From assembly GCF_045629545.1 (NCBI RefSeq), contig NZ_JAZQRK010000052.1:1256-65255 (forward strand): a DNA stretch of 64,000 bases, written 5' to 3'. The stretch comes from Chryseobacterium sp. Its GTDB lineage: Bacteria; Bacteroidota; Bacteroidia; Flavobacteriales; Weeksellaceae. Both the position numbers and the translations under genes were made by a program. The notes under the pieces are model-generated. The model did no database searches, was not told the DNA's origin, and saw only the letters and a program-made list of their open reading frames with translations. Shown in pieces: positions 29,541-38,421 of this stretch. How positions within the stretch are numbered: position 1 is the stretch's first letter; each line of letters opens with the position of its first letter.

Positions 29541-30878
29541 TTAGAGCGTAAGATCCAAGCCACCAAAATTTCCAGAGCTCATCATCATATAAGCGCCTTT
29601 TGTTTTGTCTAAAGTTTCCCAATATGCATGTAAATCTTCTGCATTGGTGAATACTTTTAAATTTGGATTTTTGAATTTTTCTTTGATGAGGTCTGCCGAA
29701 ATAGGCTCCATTCTTTTTATCTTCAAAGCATCTTCAGAATAGAAAACCACTGCCGTATCTAGTCCGTCCATTGCATGATCATATTGTTCTAAGAAAACAG
29801 GATTTAGACTAGAGTAGGTATGAAGTTCTAAAAATCCATACGTTTTTTTAGATTTAAATTGTTCTACAAAAGCTTTTACCGCCGCTTTTACTTTGCTTGG
29901 AGCATGTGCAAAATCTTTATACAAAATACCCTGATCTTCTCTCTCTACTTTTTCTAATCTTTTTGATGCTCCTTTGAAACTCATAATAGCTTCATAGAAA
30001 TCCTCATCCATAATCCCCAAAGTATGGCAGATGTGTCTTGCACCTTCTAGGTTTAGCAAATTGTGAGCACCAAATACAGATAATGGTATATCGCCCATCT
30101 CTGTTTTTAGGTGTACCACCTCGTTTACAATTTCGTAATCTGGCGTTTGGTAAGGTATTTTTCTAAAATAATTGTCGGAATTTTCCACTACCTTTACTAC
30201 CTCATCATCCTCTTGGTTGTACACCAATACACCTCCAGGTGTTATGCTGGCTACAAACTTTCGGAATTGTTCTATATAATCATCAAATGTTTTAAATACA
30301 TTAATATGATCCCAAGCAATCCCACTCATCAAAGCGATGTTGGGTTGATAAAGCAGAAATTTCGAACGTAAATCTATCGGAGAGGATAGATATTCGTCGC
30401 CTTCCAATACCATAAAATCATTATCTTCTGTAAGTTTTACCATACAATCAAACCCTTCTAGCTGAGCACCAACCATATAGTCTACTTCCTTTTGGTGAAA
30501 GTTGAGTACATGAAGAATCATAGAAGTAATGGTAGTTTTACCATGAGATCCAGCAATTACAACACGGGTTTTTTCTTTGGATTGCTCGTAGAGAAACTCT
30601 GGATATGAATATATTTTTAGACCCAATTCTTTGGCTTTAGCTAATTCTGGGTTGTCTGCGTGCGCATGCATTCCCAAAATAACAGCATCAATATCGCTAG
30701 TTATTTTTTCTGGAAACCAACCTAGTTCTTCTGGTAGGATGTTCCTTTTTTGCAATCTAGATTTTGAAGGTTCAAAAATAGCATCATCAGAACCCGTCAC
30801 CTGGTATCCTTTATCTTTAAGTGCGATGGCAAGATTGTGCATGGCACTTCCACCAATAGCTATAAAATGAGTTCTCAA
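29541..30878 (-). CDS. mpl: Mur ligase family, murein peptide ligase (Mpl)-like
   Basis: HFIAIGGSAMHNLA, GSHGKTT, EGDEY, DFAHAP; TTG start. Confidence 0.8.
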   Translation of the reverse strand: MRTHFIAIGGSAMHNLAIALKDKGYQVTGSDDAIFEPSKSRLQKRNILPEELGWFPEKITSDIDAVILGMHAHADNPELAKAKELGLKIYSYPEFLYEQSKEKTRVVIAGSHGKTTITSMILHVLNFHQKEVDYMVGAQLEGFDCMVKLTEDNDFMVLEGDEYLSSPIDLRSKFLLYQPNIALMSGIAWDHINVFKTFDDYIEQFRKFVASITPGGVLVYNQEDDEVVKVVENSDNYFRKIPYQTPDYEIVNEVVHLKTEMGDIPLSVFGAHNLLNLEGARHICHTLGIMDEDFYEAIMSFKGASKRLEKVEREDQGILYKDFAHAPSKVKAAVKAFVEQFKSKKTYGFLELHTYSSLNPVFLEQYDHAMDGLDTAVVFYSEDALKIKRMEPISADLIKEKFKNPNLKVFTNAEDLHAYWETLDKTKGAYMMMSSGNFGGLDLTL

Positions 30879-30880
30879 TT

Positions 30881-31324
30881 TTATTTGGTATTTTTTATGT
30901 TTTTGTTGATGATTTCTTGGAAAGCTTTGGTAATATTTTCCCAGTTTCCTTTGTATTGTGGCATGATAAGACTTGCGTCTGTTTTGCTTCCTGTATTGGC
31001 GCCTGTTTTTACACTGATGGAAGTAGCCACATGATCATACAATTTTTTTCGGTCTTCCAATATGTTTCTAAATTGATTATCAGTCAACGTTTGGTTGAGA
31101 TGATTCACTTCGTCAGCGGTAATTTTGAAATTTTGCTTAGTTTTATTATCTGGTCCTTCGAAAGAGTAGTGGGCGTTATTTCCCTTGATAAGCAGATTTT
31201 CGTATGTAGGTACACTTCCGCCACTTTTAGAATAGCTGATATCAAAATCCGAATATACTTTTTGCGTATTGCAAGAGATTGCAAATAAAATCACTAATAA
31301 GCTAAATACTGCATTCTTCATCAT
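30881..31324 (-). CDS. Hypothetical lipoprotein
   Basis: Lipobox AISC. Confidence 0.7.
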   Translation of the reverse strand: MMKNAVFSLLVILFAISCNTQKVYSDFDISYSKSGGSVPTYENLLIKGNNAHYSFEGPDNKTKQNFKITADEVNHLNQTLTDNQFRNILEDRKKLYDHVATSISVKTGANTGSKTDASLIMPQYKGNWENITKAFQEIINKNIKNTK

Positions 31325-31333
31325 ATTTTTTAT

Positions 31334-32143
31334 TTATGAATTATTTTCTTCTGTTTGTTTCTCTTTTTGCTCTTTTAGTTCTTTATCATAAGTGTGTAGT
31401 AGATTGAAATCCTCAGTTTGCTCTATGGCTTTCATTATTTTGAAGAGTATTTCGTTAGCATTTTCCTTATCATAGTCTATATCTAATGGCTTTTTAAATT
31501 CCATAGTAGGTTTTACGCCTGTCACTTTCACGCGAAGTCCTTTTTTATCAAACGCTCTTCTAAAACCATTAATTTTGATAGGAATTACGATAGGTCTTTG
31601 GTTTTTTACCAATTTGGCCGTTCCACGTCTCCCTTGTGCAAATGCAGCAGTGGTACCTTGCGGAAAAGTAGCTACCCAACCGTTATCTAGCGCTTTCATT
31701 ATATTGTCTACTTCACCCATATCCACCATCCTATTTACATTTTGTCCCTCTGCTCTCCATGTTCTTTTTACGGTTACAGCGCCTGCCATTTTAAAAATTT
31801 TAGGTAATATGCCTTTATTCATGGTTTCTTCAGCTGCCACATAGTAGAAATCTACTCGTGGATTAAGAAGATAGATAGGATTTTTTATGGTGTTTAGATA
31901 GCCATTATTTACAGCACAGAAGGCATGAAACATTGCAGCCACATCCGCAAAGTAGGTTTGGTGGTTGGATACGAATAATACATTAGAATCTGGCAGATCT
32001 ACAAGATTTTCTGTACCAGTAATGATAAGCTTATTGAAACCGTTGAACCTTCTGTAAGAGACGATTCCCAGAATAAAAATAATAAGCCTTTTTAAAAAAT
32101 AGGGTGTACCGAAGGAGTCGGTAAAAATGTTTTTCTTGGCCAT
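31334..32143 (-). CDS. 1-acyl-sn-glycerol-3-phosphate acyltransferase family
   Basis: NHQTYFAD (HX4D), FPQGT. Confidence 0.88.
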   Translation of the reverse strand: MAKKNIFTDSFGTPYFLKRLIIFILGIVSYRRFNGFNKLIITGTENLVDLPDSNVLFVSNHQTYFADVAAMFHAFCAVNNGYLNTIKNPIYLLNPRVDFYYVAAEETMNKGILPKIFKMAGAVTVKRTWRAEGQNVNRMVDMGEVDNIMKALDNGWVATFPQGTTAAFAQGRRGTAKLVKNQRPIVIPIKINGFRRAFDKKGLRVKVTGVKPTMEFKKPLDIDYDKENANEILFKIMKAIEQTEDFNLLHTYDKELKEQKEKQTEENNS

Positions 32144-32170
32144 TGTGCAATTAACATAACAGATACAAAG

Positions 32171-32800
32171 TTACATTTTTTTAATCAATTGGCTAAACTC
32201 GCTAAGGATCATCGCTGTGGCTCCCCAAATAATATAACCATTAAAATTAATTACCGGTACTTCATGACCTCCAGCTGCTGGTAAAACCATCATTTCTGGA
32301 GAATCTGCAAGATTGAGAAACGAGGTTATGGGAAATTCTATAATCTCTACTACTTCTCTCTCTTGCAAGGTAAACTGAGGATTTTTTATGGTGTATGAAA
32401 TATAAGGATAAACCAAAAAATTGCTAGGTGGGATATAGATAGGAGATAGTTCACGGATTTTTCTTACATAATGTTTTTCCAAGCCAATTTCTTCGGTCGT
32501 TTCTCGTATCGCCGTGTCTGCAAAGTCTCTATCAGACTCTTCTCTTTTTCCGCCTGGTAAGGAAATCTGTCCGCTGTGTTTATCACGCTCGTTTTCTGTT
32601 CTTAAAATTAATGGGAAATACCATTCATCATCTTTTATATAAAGTACAATATTTACAGCCGCCAACTTAGGATTTTTGCCTAAAATTTGTTCATCAGTGA
32701 AGTTTTGCCTATAAGAAGGTGAAAAAATGCCATGTGCATTGGCTCCTCCAAGTTCTGCACTTTTTATTTTCCTTAATAAATCTTTTCCAAAACTTTTCAT
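32171..32800 (-). CDS. Nudix hydrolase, CoA pyrophosphatase type
   Basis: HSGQISLPGGK, AIRETTEEIG, IWGATA. Confidence 0.92.
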   Translation of the reverse strand: MKSFGKDLLRKIKSAELGGANAHGIFSPSYRQNFTDEQILGKNPKLAAVNIVLYIKDDEWYFPLILRTENERDKHSGQISLPGGKREESDRDFADTAIRETTEEIGLEKHYVRKIRELSPIYIPPSNFLVYPYISYTIKNPQFTLQEREVVEIIEFPITSFLNLADSPEMMVLPAAGGHEVPVINFNGYIIWGATAMILSEFSQLIKKM

Positions 32801-32925
32801 ATCTCAAATTTAGCAATATATTAGCGAGTATAAAAATGATTTTACCACAATTTCTCAATTGTGTTTTTCCACAGTCTCTAGGTAGGTACTATTACGTAGT
32901 TTCTAGGTCATTATTATCTATTATG

Positions 32926-33024
32926 TGCTGAAATGTAATTGGTTACAAATAGTATCGAAGTCAGTGATAAGTTCCGATTACCTTATATTGGTGTTTCTTT
33001 ACGAAGTATTTCGTGATAATTTTG
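32926..33024 (+). promoter_or_regulatory. Curlin-1 promoter: upstream box TGCTGAAATGTAATTGGTTA, TTACCT, GTGTTTCTTT and -7 TAatTTTG
   Basis: Boxes at 32926, 32978, 32991 and 33017; same spacings recur in the curlin-2 promoter. Confidence 0.65.
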
Positions 33025-33053
33025 TGGTGCTAATTAACCTTAAATCTTTTACC

Positions 33054-34319
33054 ATGAAAAAATTATTAACAAGTGCATATCTACTCTTGGGCTTAGGCTA
33101 TGTATATGCACAAGAAAACAAAATTGAGATTACGCAACATAATAATTATAACTATGCTGAAGTAGAGCAACTGGGATTATCACATACAAGTAACATTGAT
33201 CAAAATAATACTATTCTGGGAATATCTACAACTCAACAAGATGGCAATAAGGTAATGCTAAGCCAAGTTGGGGAAGCGGCAGAATTTACCATAGTACAAT
33301 ATGGAATTAATAACTCATCTAGTGTGTCCCAAGGATTTGCAGGCAGTTCAGATTTTTTAAGTCGTGGAGCCTATTTTTCAACTGTAAAGCAAAAACAAAT
33401 AGGTAAAAATAATCTAGTACGAGCAGAGCAATCTTCTACACAAGCAGCCAAGATTACTCAAGAACAGCAAGGAACCTCTAATATTGCAGATGCTAAGCAA
33501 CAATCTGGAGTTGGCTTATATCCAGCTAAAGATCCAATATCATCTATTATCAACCAAGTACAAATTGGTATAGCAAATACAATGAGTGCTCTACAAGAAG
33601 GTTATGGGGATATTCCATTATTAAATAATAGTGTTATTAATCAAACACAAACTGGAAATAATAATAATTTTATGGCTTCTCAAACAAGTGAAAAATTTAA
33701 TACGTCATCCAATTCTTTAATTACCCAAGATTCTCAAGCAGGTGATTATAATAAAATGGTTGCTGAACAACATGGGCCTGGCAACACAATTAATCAAACG
33801 GTACTAGGTTTAGGCGGAAATGGGAATACATTGACTGCTCAGCAAAAGGAATCTAACAATGCAATAGACCAAACTATTACTGGAGATTACAATAGGTTAT
33901 CGGTATCACAAGATGGTAGAAGTAATGCTGCAACTCAGACATCTACCGCAAGTTTCGGATGGATGAACGGAATACAAACTGGGGATAGTAATAAAATGGA
34001 TCTTACACAAATTTCTGGCGCCTTCAATGGAATCCAAATTAATCAAAAAGGGAATGGTAATGAGACTGTAATGACGCAAAAAGGGTATACCAACGCGATA
34101 GTTCTAAACCAAAAAGGTAATGAAAACATGACTATTGGAAACCAAGATGGTGGTACAAATATGATGCATCTAACACAGAGTGGTAACAAAAATAATTCAA
34201 CCGACATACAGATTGGTACTATTAACAATTCTATGGTAAACCAGCAAGGTGATGGCAATATCCATACAAGTAGCCAAATAGGAGCGCTTAATAAGATGAA
34301 TGTTTATCAAACTCATTAG
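33054..34319 (+). CDS. Long curlin-repeat protein (CsgA/CsgB-like), 421 aa
   Basis: Signal peptide MKKLL...VYAQ; many 11-residue Q-x-G-x-x-N units (QKGNGNETVMT, QKGYTNAIVLN, QSGNKNNSTDI); start moved from the track's 32925. Confidence 0.85.
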   Translation: MKKLLTSAYLLLGLGYVYAQENKIEITQHNNYNYAEVEQLGLSHTSNIDQNNTILGISTTQQDGNKVMLSQVGEAAEFTIVQYGINNSSSVSQGFAGSSDFLSRGAYFSTVKQKQIGKNNLVRAEQSSTQAAKITQEQQGTSNIADAKQQSGVGLYPAKDPISSIINQVQIGIANTMSALQEGYGDIPLLNNSVINQTQTGNNNNFMASQTSEKFNTSSNSLITQDSQAGDYNKMVAEQHGPGNTINQTVLGLGGNGNTLTAQQKESNNAIDQTITGDYNRLSVSQDGRSNAATQTSTASFGWMNGIQTGDSNKMDLTQISGAFNGIQINQKGNGNETVMTQKGYTNAIVLNQKGNENMTIGNQDGGTNMMHLTQSGNKNNSTDIQIGTINNSMVNQQGDGNIHTSSQIGALNKMNVYQTH

Positions 34320-34347
34320 AGGATCTGATAATCACTGCTAATGTTAG

Positions 34348-34379
34348 AAATCTGTTCCAATATTGGGCAGATTTTTTTT
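34348..34379 (+). terminator. Terminator after curlin 1
   Basis: aaatctgttccaa-tat-tgggcagattt followed by T run. Confidence 0.6.
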
Positions 34380-34558
34380 GCCTGTAGAACACATTTTAAA
34401 ATTTTTTATATTTATTGATCAAGATAATATTTCACAAAATATTATTTATATATTAGCATTACAATCTAATGTAATTATACCTGCTTTACTTGTGGTTTTT
34501 CACCCATATGGCAGCTCCGTATTAACACGGGTTTTCTTTATCATTAATTCATGTTACT

Positions 34559-34657
34559 TGCTGAAATGTAAATGGTTATGATAATTATTATTAATAGTGA
34601 TATTACTCATTTACCTCCTTTTGGTGTTTTATTCATGGCGTGTTCCTTCTACCTTTG
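34559..34657 (+). promoter_or_regulatory. Curlin-2 promoter: TGCTGAAATGTAAATGGTTA, TTACCT, GTGTTTTATT and -7 TAccTTTG
   Basis: Boxes at 34559, 34611, 34624 and 34650; offsets to the -7 element (91, 39, 26 nt) equal those in the curlin-1 promoter. Confidence 0.65.
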
Positions 34658-34689
34658 TGATACTAATTAACCAATTAAATTATCATATT

Positions 34690-36126
34690 ATGAAAAAACT
34701 AGTAACAGGAGCATTTGTTGTTTTATCAGCAAGTTTCGCTTTAGCTCAAAGTGGTGTTAATAATGTAAATCAAACTGGAGAATCTAATTCTACAAATGTA
34801 ACACAAAGCAGTAATGGTAGTAATGCTGGGAATGAAAATAAAACAGTTCAAGATGGAACTGGTAATATTGTAGACGTAAAACAAAAAAGTTATTCAGGTA
34901 AAAACTCAGTAGATACTAAGCAGATTGGTAACGATAACAAAGCTACTGTTTCACAAGGACAGGGTTCTAGTGTTTCGGAAGGTAATGTGGTGAATCAGAT
35001 TCAATTAAATAATGGGAATACTGCTTTTGCAACACAAACTAGTACTATTAGTGATGTCATTGAACAAAAACAGGATGGTGATCTTAATACAGTAACTGCA
35101 ACACAAGGTGATGCTTACTTTTCAACAATTAGACAAGACCAAAAAGGCAATTCAAATACAGCAAATGCTACACAAGGTTTATTGATGGGTTCATGGTCGG
35201 ATAATAGTTTAATCAACCAAGTTCAAGTAGGTGATTCCAATACAGCAAAGGGAGAACAAAGTGGTAGAGGATCTTATAATAATATTAACCAGATACAAAC
35301 TGGAGAATTTAATACTGCATCTGCTTCACAGGTAGGAAATTCTCATACTTCAGTACAAAACCAAGCAGGGGAATATAATAATGCTACAGTGCTGCAAAAT
35401 GGATCATACCAATCCGCAAATCAAACTCAAGCAGGAACTGGTAACATTGCTACATCTACGCAATCAGTATCCCACAATGGGGCAACACAGTCTCAGTCTG
35501 GTATCGATAATGAAGCTACTGTAAGCCAAAGTGGTTCATATAATACCTCTACTCAAACTCAATCCCAGAACTATAACAATGCATTTATTACTCAAACTGG
35601 AAATCGTAATATAGCGACTCAGATTCAAGATGGCACAAACAATCTTGCAACGACTACTCAGAATGGGCACAATAATGATTCAAAAATTTCTCAAAATGGA
35701 AGTAATAATGTAGGAACTGCGAGCCAAACAAATGCTTATAATGCATCTGATATTTCACAAGTAGGAAGCGGAAATACTGCAACTTCTACTCAGACGGGTA
35801 ACGGAACAGCGCTTGCTAACAACACTATTGGGATGAAGCAATTCGGAGAAGGTAATACTTCTACAGCATTACAGTCGGGAGGTTATGGTAATAACGCAGC
35901 TATCAACCAATACGGAAATCTTAACCTATCTACTGCCGATCAATTTGGAGATAATAACTCTGCTATCGTAAACCAAGGAACAGCATTAATGCATGTAGCA
36001 AGTAATGAATCCAGTATCTTACAGAATGGAACTGGTAACATGGCTTCTGTAAACCAAATGTCTAATGGTAATAGACATACTTCGTCACAAGTAGGATCAT
36101 TTAATACGGTTATTGTTAATCAGTAA
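34690..36126 (+). CDS. Long curlin-repeat protein (probable major CsgA-like subunit), 478 aa
   Basis: Signal peptide MKKLV...ALAQ; almost entirely Q-x-G-x-x-N-x-A-x-x-x-Q repeats; Q/N/S/G/T-rich. Confidence 0.9.
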   Translation: MKKLVTGAFVVLSASFALAQSGVNNVNQTGESNSTNVTQSSNGSNAGNENKTVQDGTGNIVDVKQKSYSGKNSVDTKQIGNDNKATVSQGQGSSVSEGNVVNQIQLNNGNTAFATQTSTISDVIEQKQDGDLNTVTATQGDAYFSTIRQDQKGNSNTANATQGLLMGSWSDNSLINQVQVGDSNTAKGEQSGRGSYNNINQIQTGEFNTASASQVGNSHTSVQNQAGEYNNATVLQNGSYQSANQTQAGTGNIATSTQSVSHNGATQSQSGIDNEATVSQSGSYNTSTQTQSQNYNNAFITQTGNRNIATQIQDGTNNLATTTQNGHNNDSKISQNGSNNVGTASQTNAYNASDISQVGSGNTATSTQTGNGTALANNTIGMKQFGEGNTSTALQSGGYGNNAAINQYGNLNLSTADQFGDNNSAIVNQGTALMHVASNESSILQNGTGNMASVNQMSNGNRHTSSQVGSFNTVIVNQ

Positions 36127-36145
36127 TCATCTTTAAAAATTCTTT

Positions 36146-36182
36146 AAAAGGAAGGAAAGGACTTATGTTTTTTCCTTCTTTT
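36146..36182 (+). terminator. Terminator after curlin 2
   Basis: gaaggaaa...tttccttc hairpin followed by T run. Confidence 0.55.
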
Positions 36183-36834
36183 GTTTTTACAATAAGGATT
36201 CATTGGCCTAACGCATAGATTATCAATTAGATTTTTTTACAACATTTTATCTTTTTGTTAAACGGTTCTTTTAATAACTCTTAGATAAATGATGATGCAG
36301 GATAATCATTTTGTTTTATATTTTTACATTAGTGCAACAAAGAGGATTAGTATGGGTTTTTATACAATTAATGGATTGAAAAACTAAATTATGCTGGATA
36401 ATAATCTTTCGCTTATTTGTAGTCAAGGATTTTAGGTTTTTTCCATATACCTTAAAACAATGATTTTTAAACAAAATGCAGTGATTTTATATAAATACTC
36501 AGTAGAGGTGTTTGGTGAAAAATTACGTTAACCTATTTTTGTAAAAGAATGAATTTGAAACCTAAACTTTTCTCTTAAATCTTTTAAATACAAAAATTAA
36601 TCTCATAAATTATATAAAAGTATATCTTTTTATTTCCCAATAATTTCTTATTGTATTTTCATCAATATTCTTATAGATTGTATTAAAGGTTATATAAACC
36701 GAATTATATTTAATAATTGTGCATTGTTATCCGTATATATACGCAATAATGTAATCATAAATCATGATATTTAATTTCTAACTGATTTGCGTGTTTCTTT
36801 GGTCACTGATATCAAGTACCTTTATTAAAAAAAT

Positions 36835-37236
36835 ATGACCATTTTGAAGCTCTTATTTAGCCTGCTGTTTTTAGCTAGTTTTTTAGCAAAAGCGCAACAG
36901 ATTGATTGGCAAAAGGTGAATAGTTCTACTATTGTAAGTCTTTTGGAATCTAAAAGCATTGAACGAAACGAGGCGGAATCTTCATTTTCCCAATTAGGAA
37001 ATCATAATCATGCAATGATTTTGATGAACGAAAATTCTAATGTTAACGTGAAGCATACAGGTGAGTACAATACGACTATATATAACAATGCATCAACCAA
37101 CAAAGCAGCTACTATAGAAGTTTCTTCTTCAGGAAATAATAATATCATAGATATCACTGGTGCCAATAGCCTTTCTAAAGAAATGAAAATTAATATTGTT
37201 GGTGATAACAAAACAATTTTTATTAGAAATTATTAA
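36835..37236 (+). CDS. Short exported curlin-like protein (possible CsgB-like nucleator)
   Basis: Signal peptide; degenerate repeats SQLGNHNHA, HTGEYNTT, SSGNNNII, IVGDNKT; first gene of the csgEFG unit. Confidence 0.55.
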   Translation: MTILKLLFSLLFLASFLAKAQQIDWQKVNSSTIVSLLESKSIERNEAESSFSQLGNHNHAMILMNENSNVNVKHTGEYNTTIYNNASTNKAATIEVSSSGNNNIIDITGANSLSKEMKINIVGDNKTIFIRNY

Positions 37237-37245
37237 CAATTTGAG

Positions 37246-37977
37246 ATGAAAACTTATTTTTCTTTAGCAATATGTATTTGTTGCTTGTCCACTTCATTTT
37301 TCGTGTATGCCCAAAATGAAGTTAATATTAATACTAAGATTGAAAAGCAAACATTAGAGAAGCAAATAAAACTAAAGGCAGTAGTTACTAATGATGGCGA
37401 TACTTATCAGGATCTAAATTACCTTTTTATTGCTATCAAAAAAGGCGGCACTGGAAACCTTTCTAATAATAAACAATCCGGAAAATTTAATGTTAAGTCA
37501 CAAGAAATCAAAGTACTTTCTGAAGTAAATATAAATCTAGAGGATACAGATGCGCTTAAAGTGTACTTGTATATAAGAGATGAAGAAAGTAATACTTTAA
37601 TAAGGAAAGATAGCTTAGAAATTGATCAAACTGTTTTTAGACCATCTGCAGAGAAGGTTGAGAAAGAAGCGAGCTCCGAACTAAAAGGGTTAACCATAGA
37701 TGAAACAAAAACTAAGGTAGGCAAAGATTTTTATGATCTATTTTATATAAAATATAGCCAAATACCCAACAAAAGTAATTCTACAATTACCGTTACCGAA
37801 CTTCCTACAAGAGGAACAAGTAGCCAGATACATATTGTAATGGAGGATAGTATAGTCTATAGTTTTCCTACAAACCCTTCAGATGAATATCTAGCCGAAC
37901 AAGTAGAATATACTTTTCAATATATTAATAATTTTAATGCTCAAAAAAAATTTGTTAGGAACGAATTTATGTACTAA
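37246..37977 (+). CDS. csgE: CsgE-family curli assembly protein with N-terminal CsgH-like domain
   Basis: C-terminal LKGLTIDETKTKVGKDFYDLFY is CsgE-like; N-terminal NYLFIAIKKGGTGNLSNNKQSGKF resembles CsgH. Confidence 0.75.
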   Translation: MKTYFSLAICICCLSTSFFVYAQNEVNINTKIEKQTLEKQIKLKAVVTNDGDTYQDLNYLFIAIKKGGTGNLSNNKQSGKFNVKSQEIKVLSEVNINLEDTDALKVYLYIRDEESNTLIRKDSLEIDQTVFRPSAEKVEKEASSELKGLTIDETKTKVGKDFYDLFYIKYSQIPNKSNSTITVTELPTRGTSSQIHIVMEDSIVYSFPTNPSDEYLAEQVEYTFQYINNFNAQKKFVRNEFMY

Positions 37978-37997
37978 AAAAAACTAAAAACAATACC

Positions 37998-38405
37998 ATG
38001 AAAACTTTTTACATTTGTTTGTTGCTTTTTGCTGGCCTATTTTTAGGAAAATCTCAGCAATTCGTGTACAAACCCGTTAACCCCAATTTTGGTGGAGATT
38101 CCTACAACTATTCTTGGTTATTAAGCTCTGCAAGTGCCCAAAATCAATTCGATAACAAAAGTGCATCTAGTGGTTACAATGCTGCAAGCTCTTTATCTAG
38201 TTTTACAGATAGTTTAAATAGGCAAGTGCTAAGTCAATTGTCTAGTAAATTGTTTCAAAATTCTTTTGGAGAGAATGGTGTGGAGGCAGGAAATTATGTT
38301 TTTGGATCGCTCTATGTACAAGTTACAAACACCAGTAACGGAACCATGATTAGTATCTTAGATACCAATACAGGAGAGCAATCTGAAGTTGTGATTCCAA
38401 AATAA
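37998..38405 (+). CDS. csgF: Curli assembly component CsgF
   Basis: QQFVYKPVNPNFGGDSYNYSWLLSSASAQN signature. Confidence 0.93.
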   Translation: MKTFYICLLLFAGLFLGKSQQFVYKPVNPNFGGDSYNYSWLLSSASAQNQFDNKSASSGYNAASSLSSFTDSLNRQVLSQLSSKLFQNSFGENGVEAGNYVFGSLYVQVTNTSNGTMISILDTNTGEQSEVVIPK

Positions 38406-38421
38406 AAAAACGAAATATACA

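Noticed and set aside
15453-32156. 14-bp exact match ttgtgcaattaaca at 15453 and 32143
   Set aside because: Short, AT-rich and in unrelated contexts; plausibly chance
36183-36834. Hidden gene or ncRNA in the 650-bp gap within the curli locus
   Set aside because: Very AT-rich, no ORF of useful length and no evident stable structure; treated as regulatory DNA
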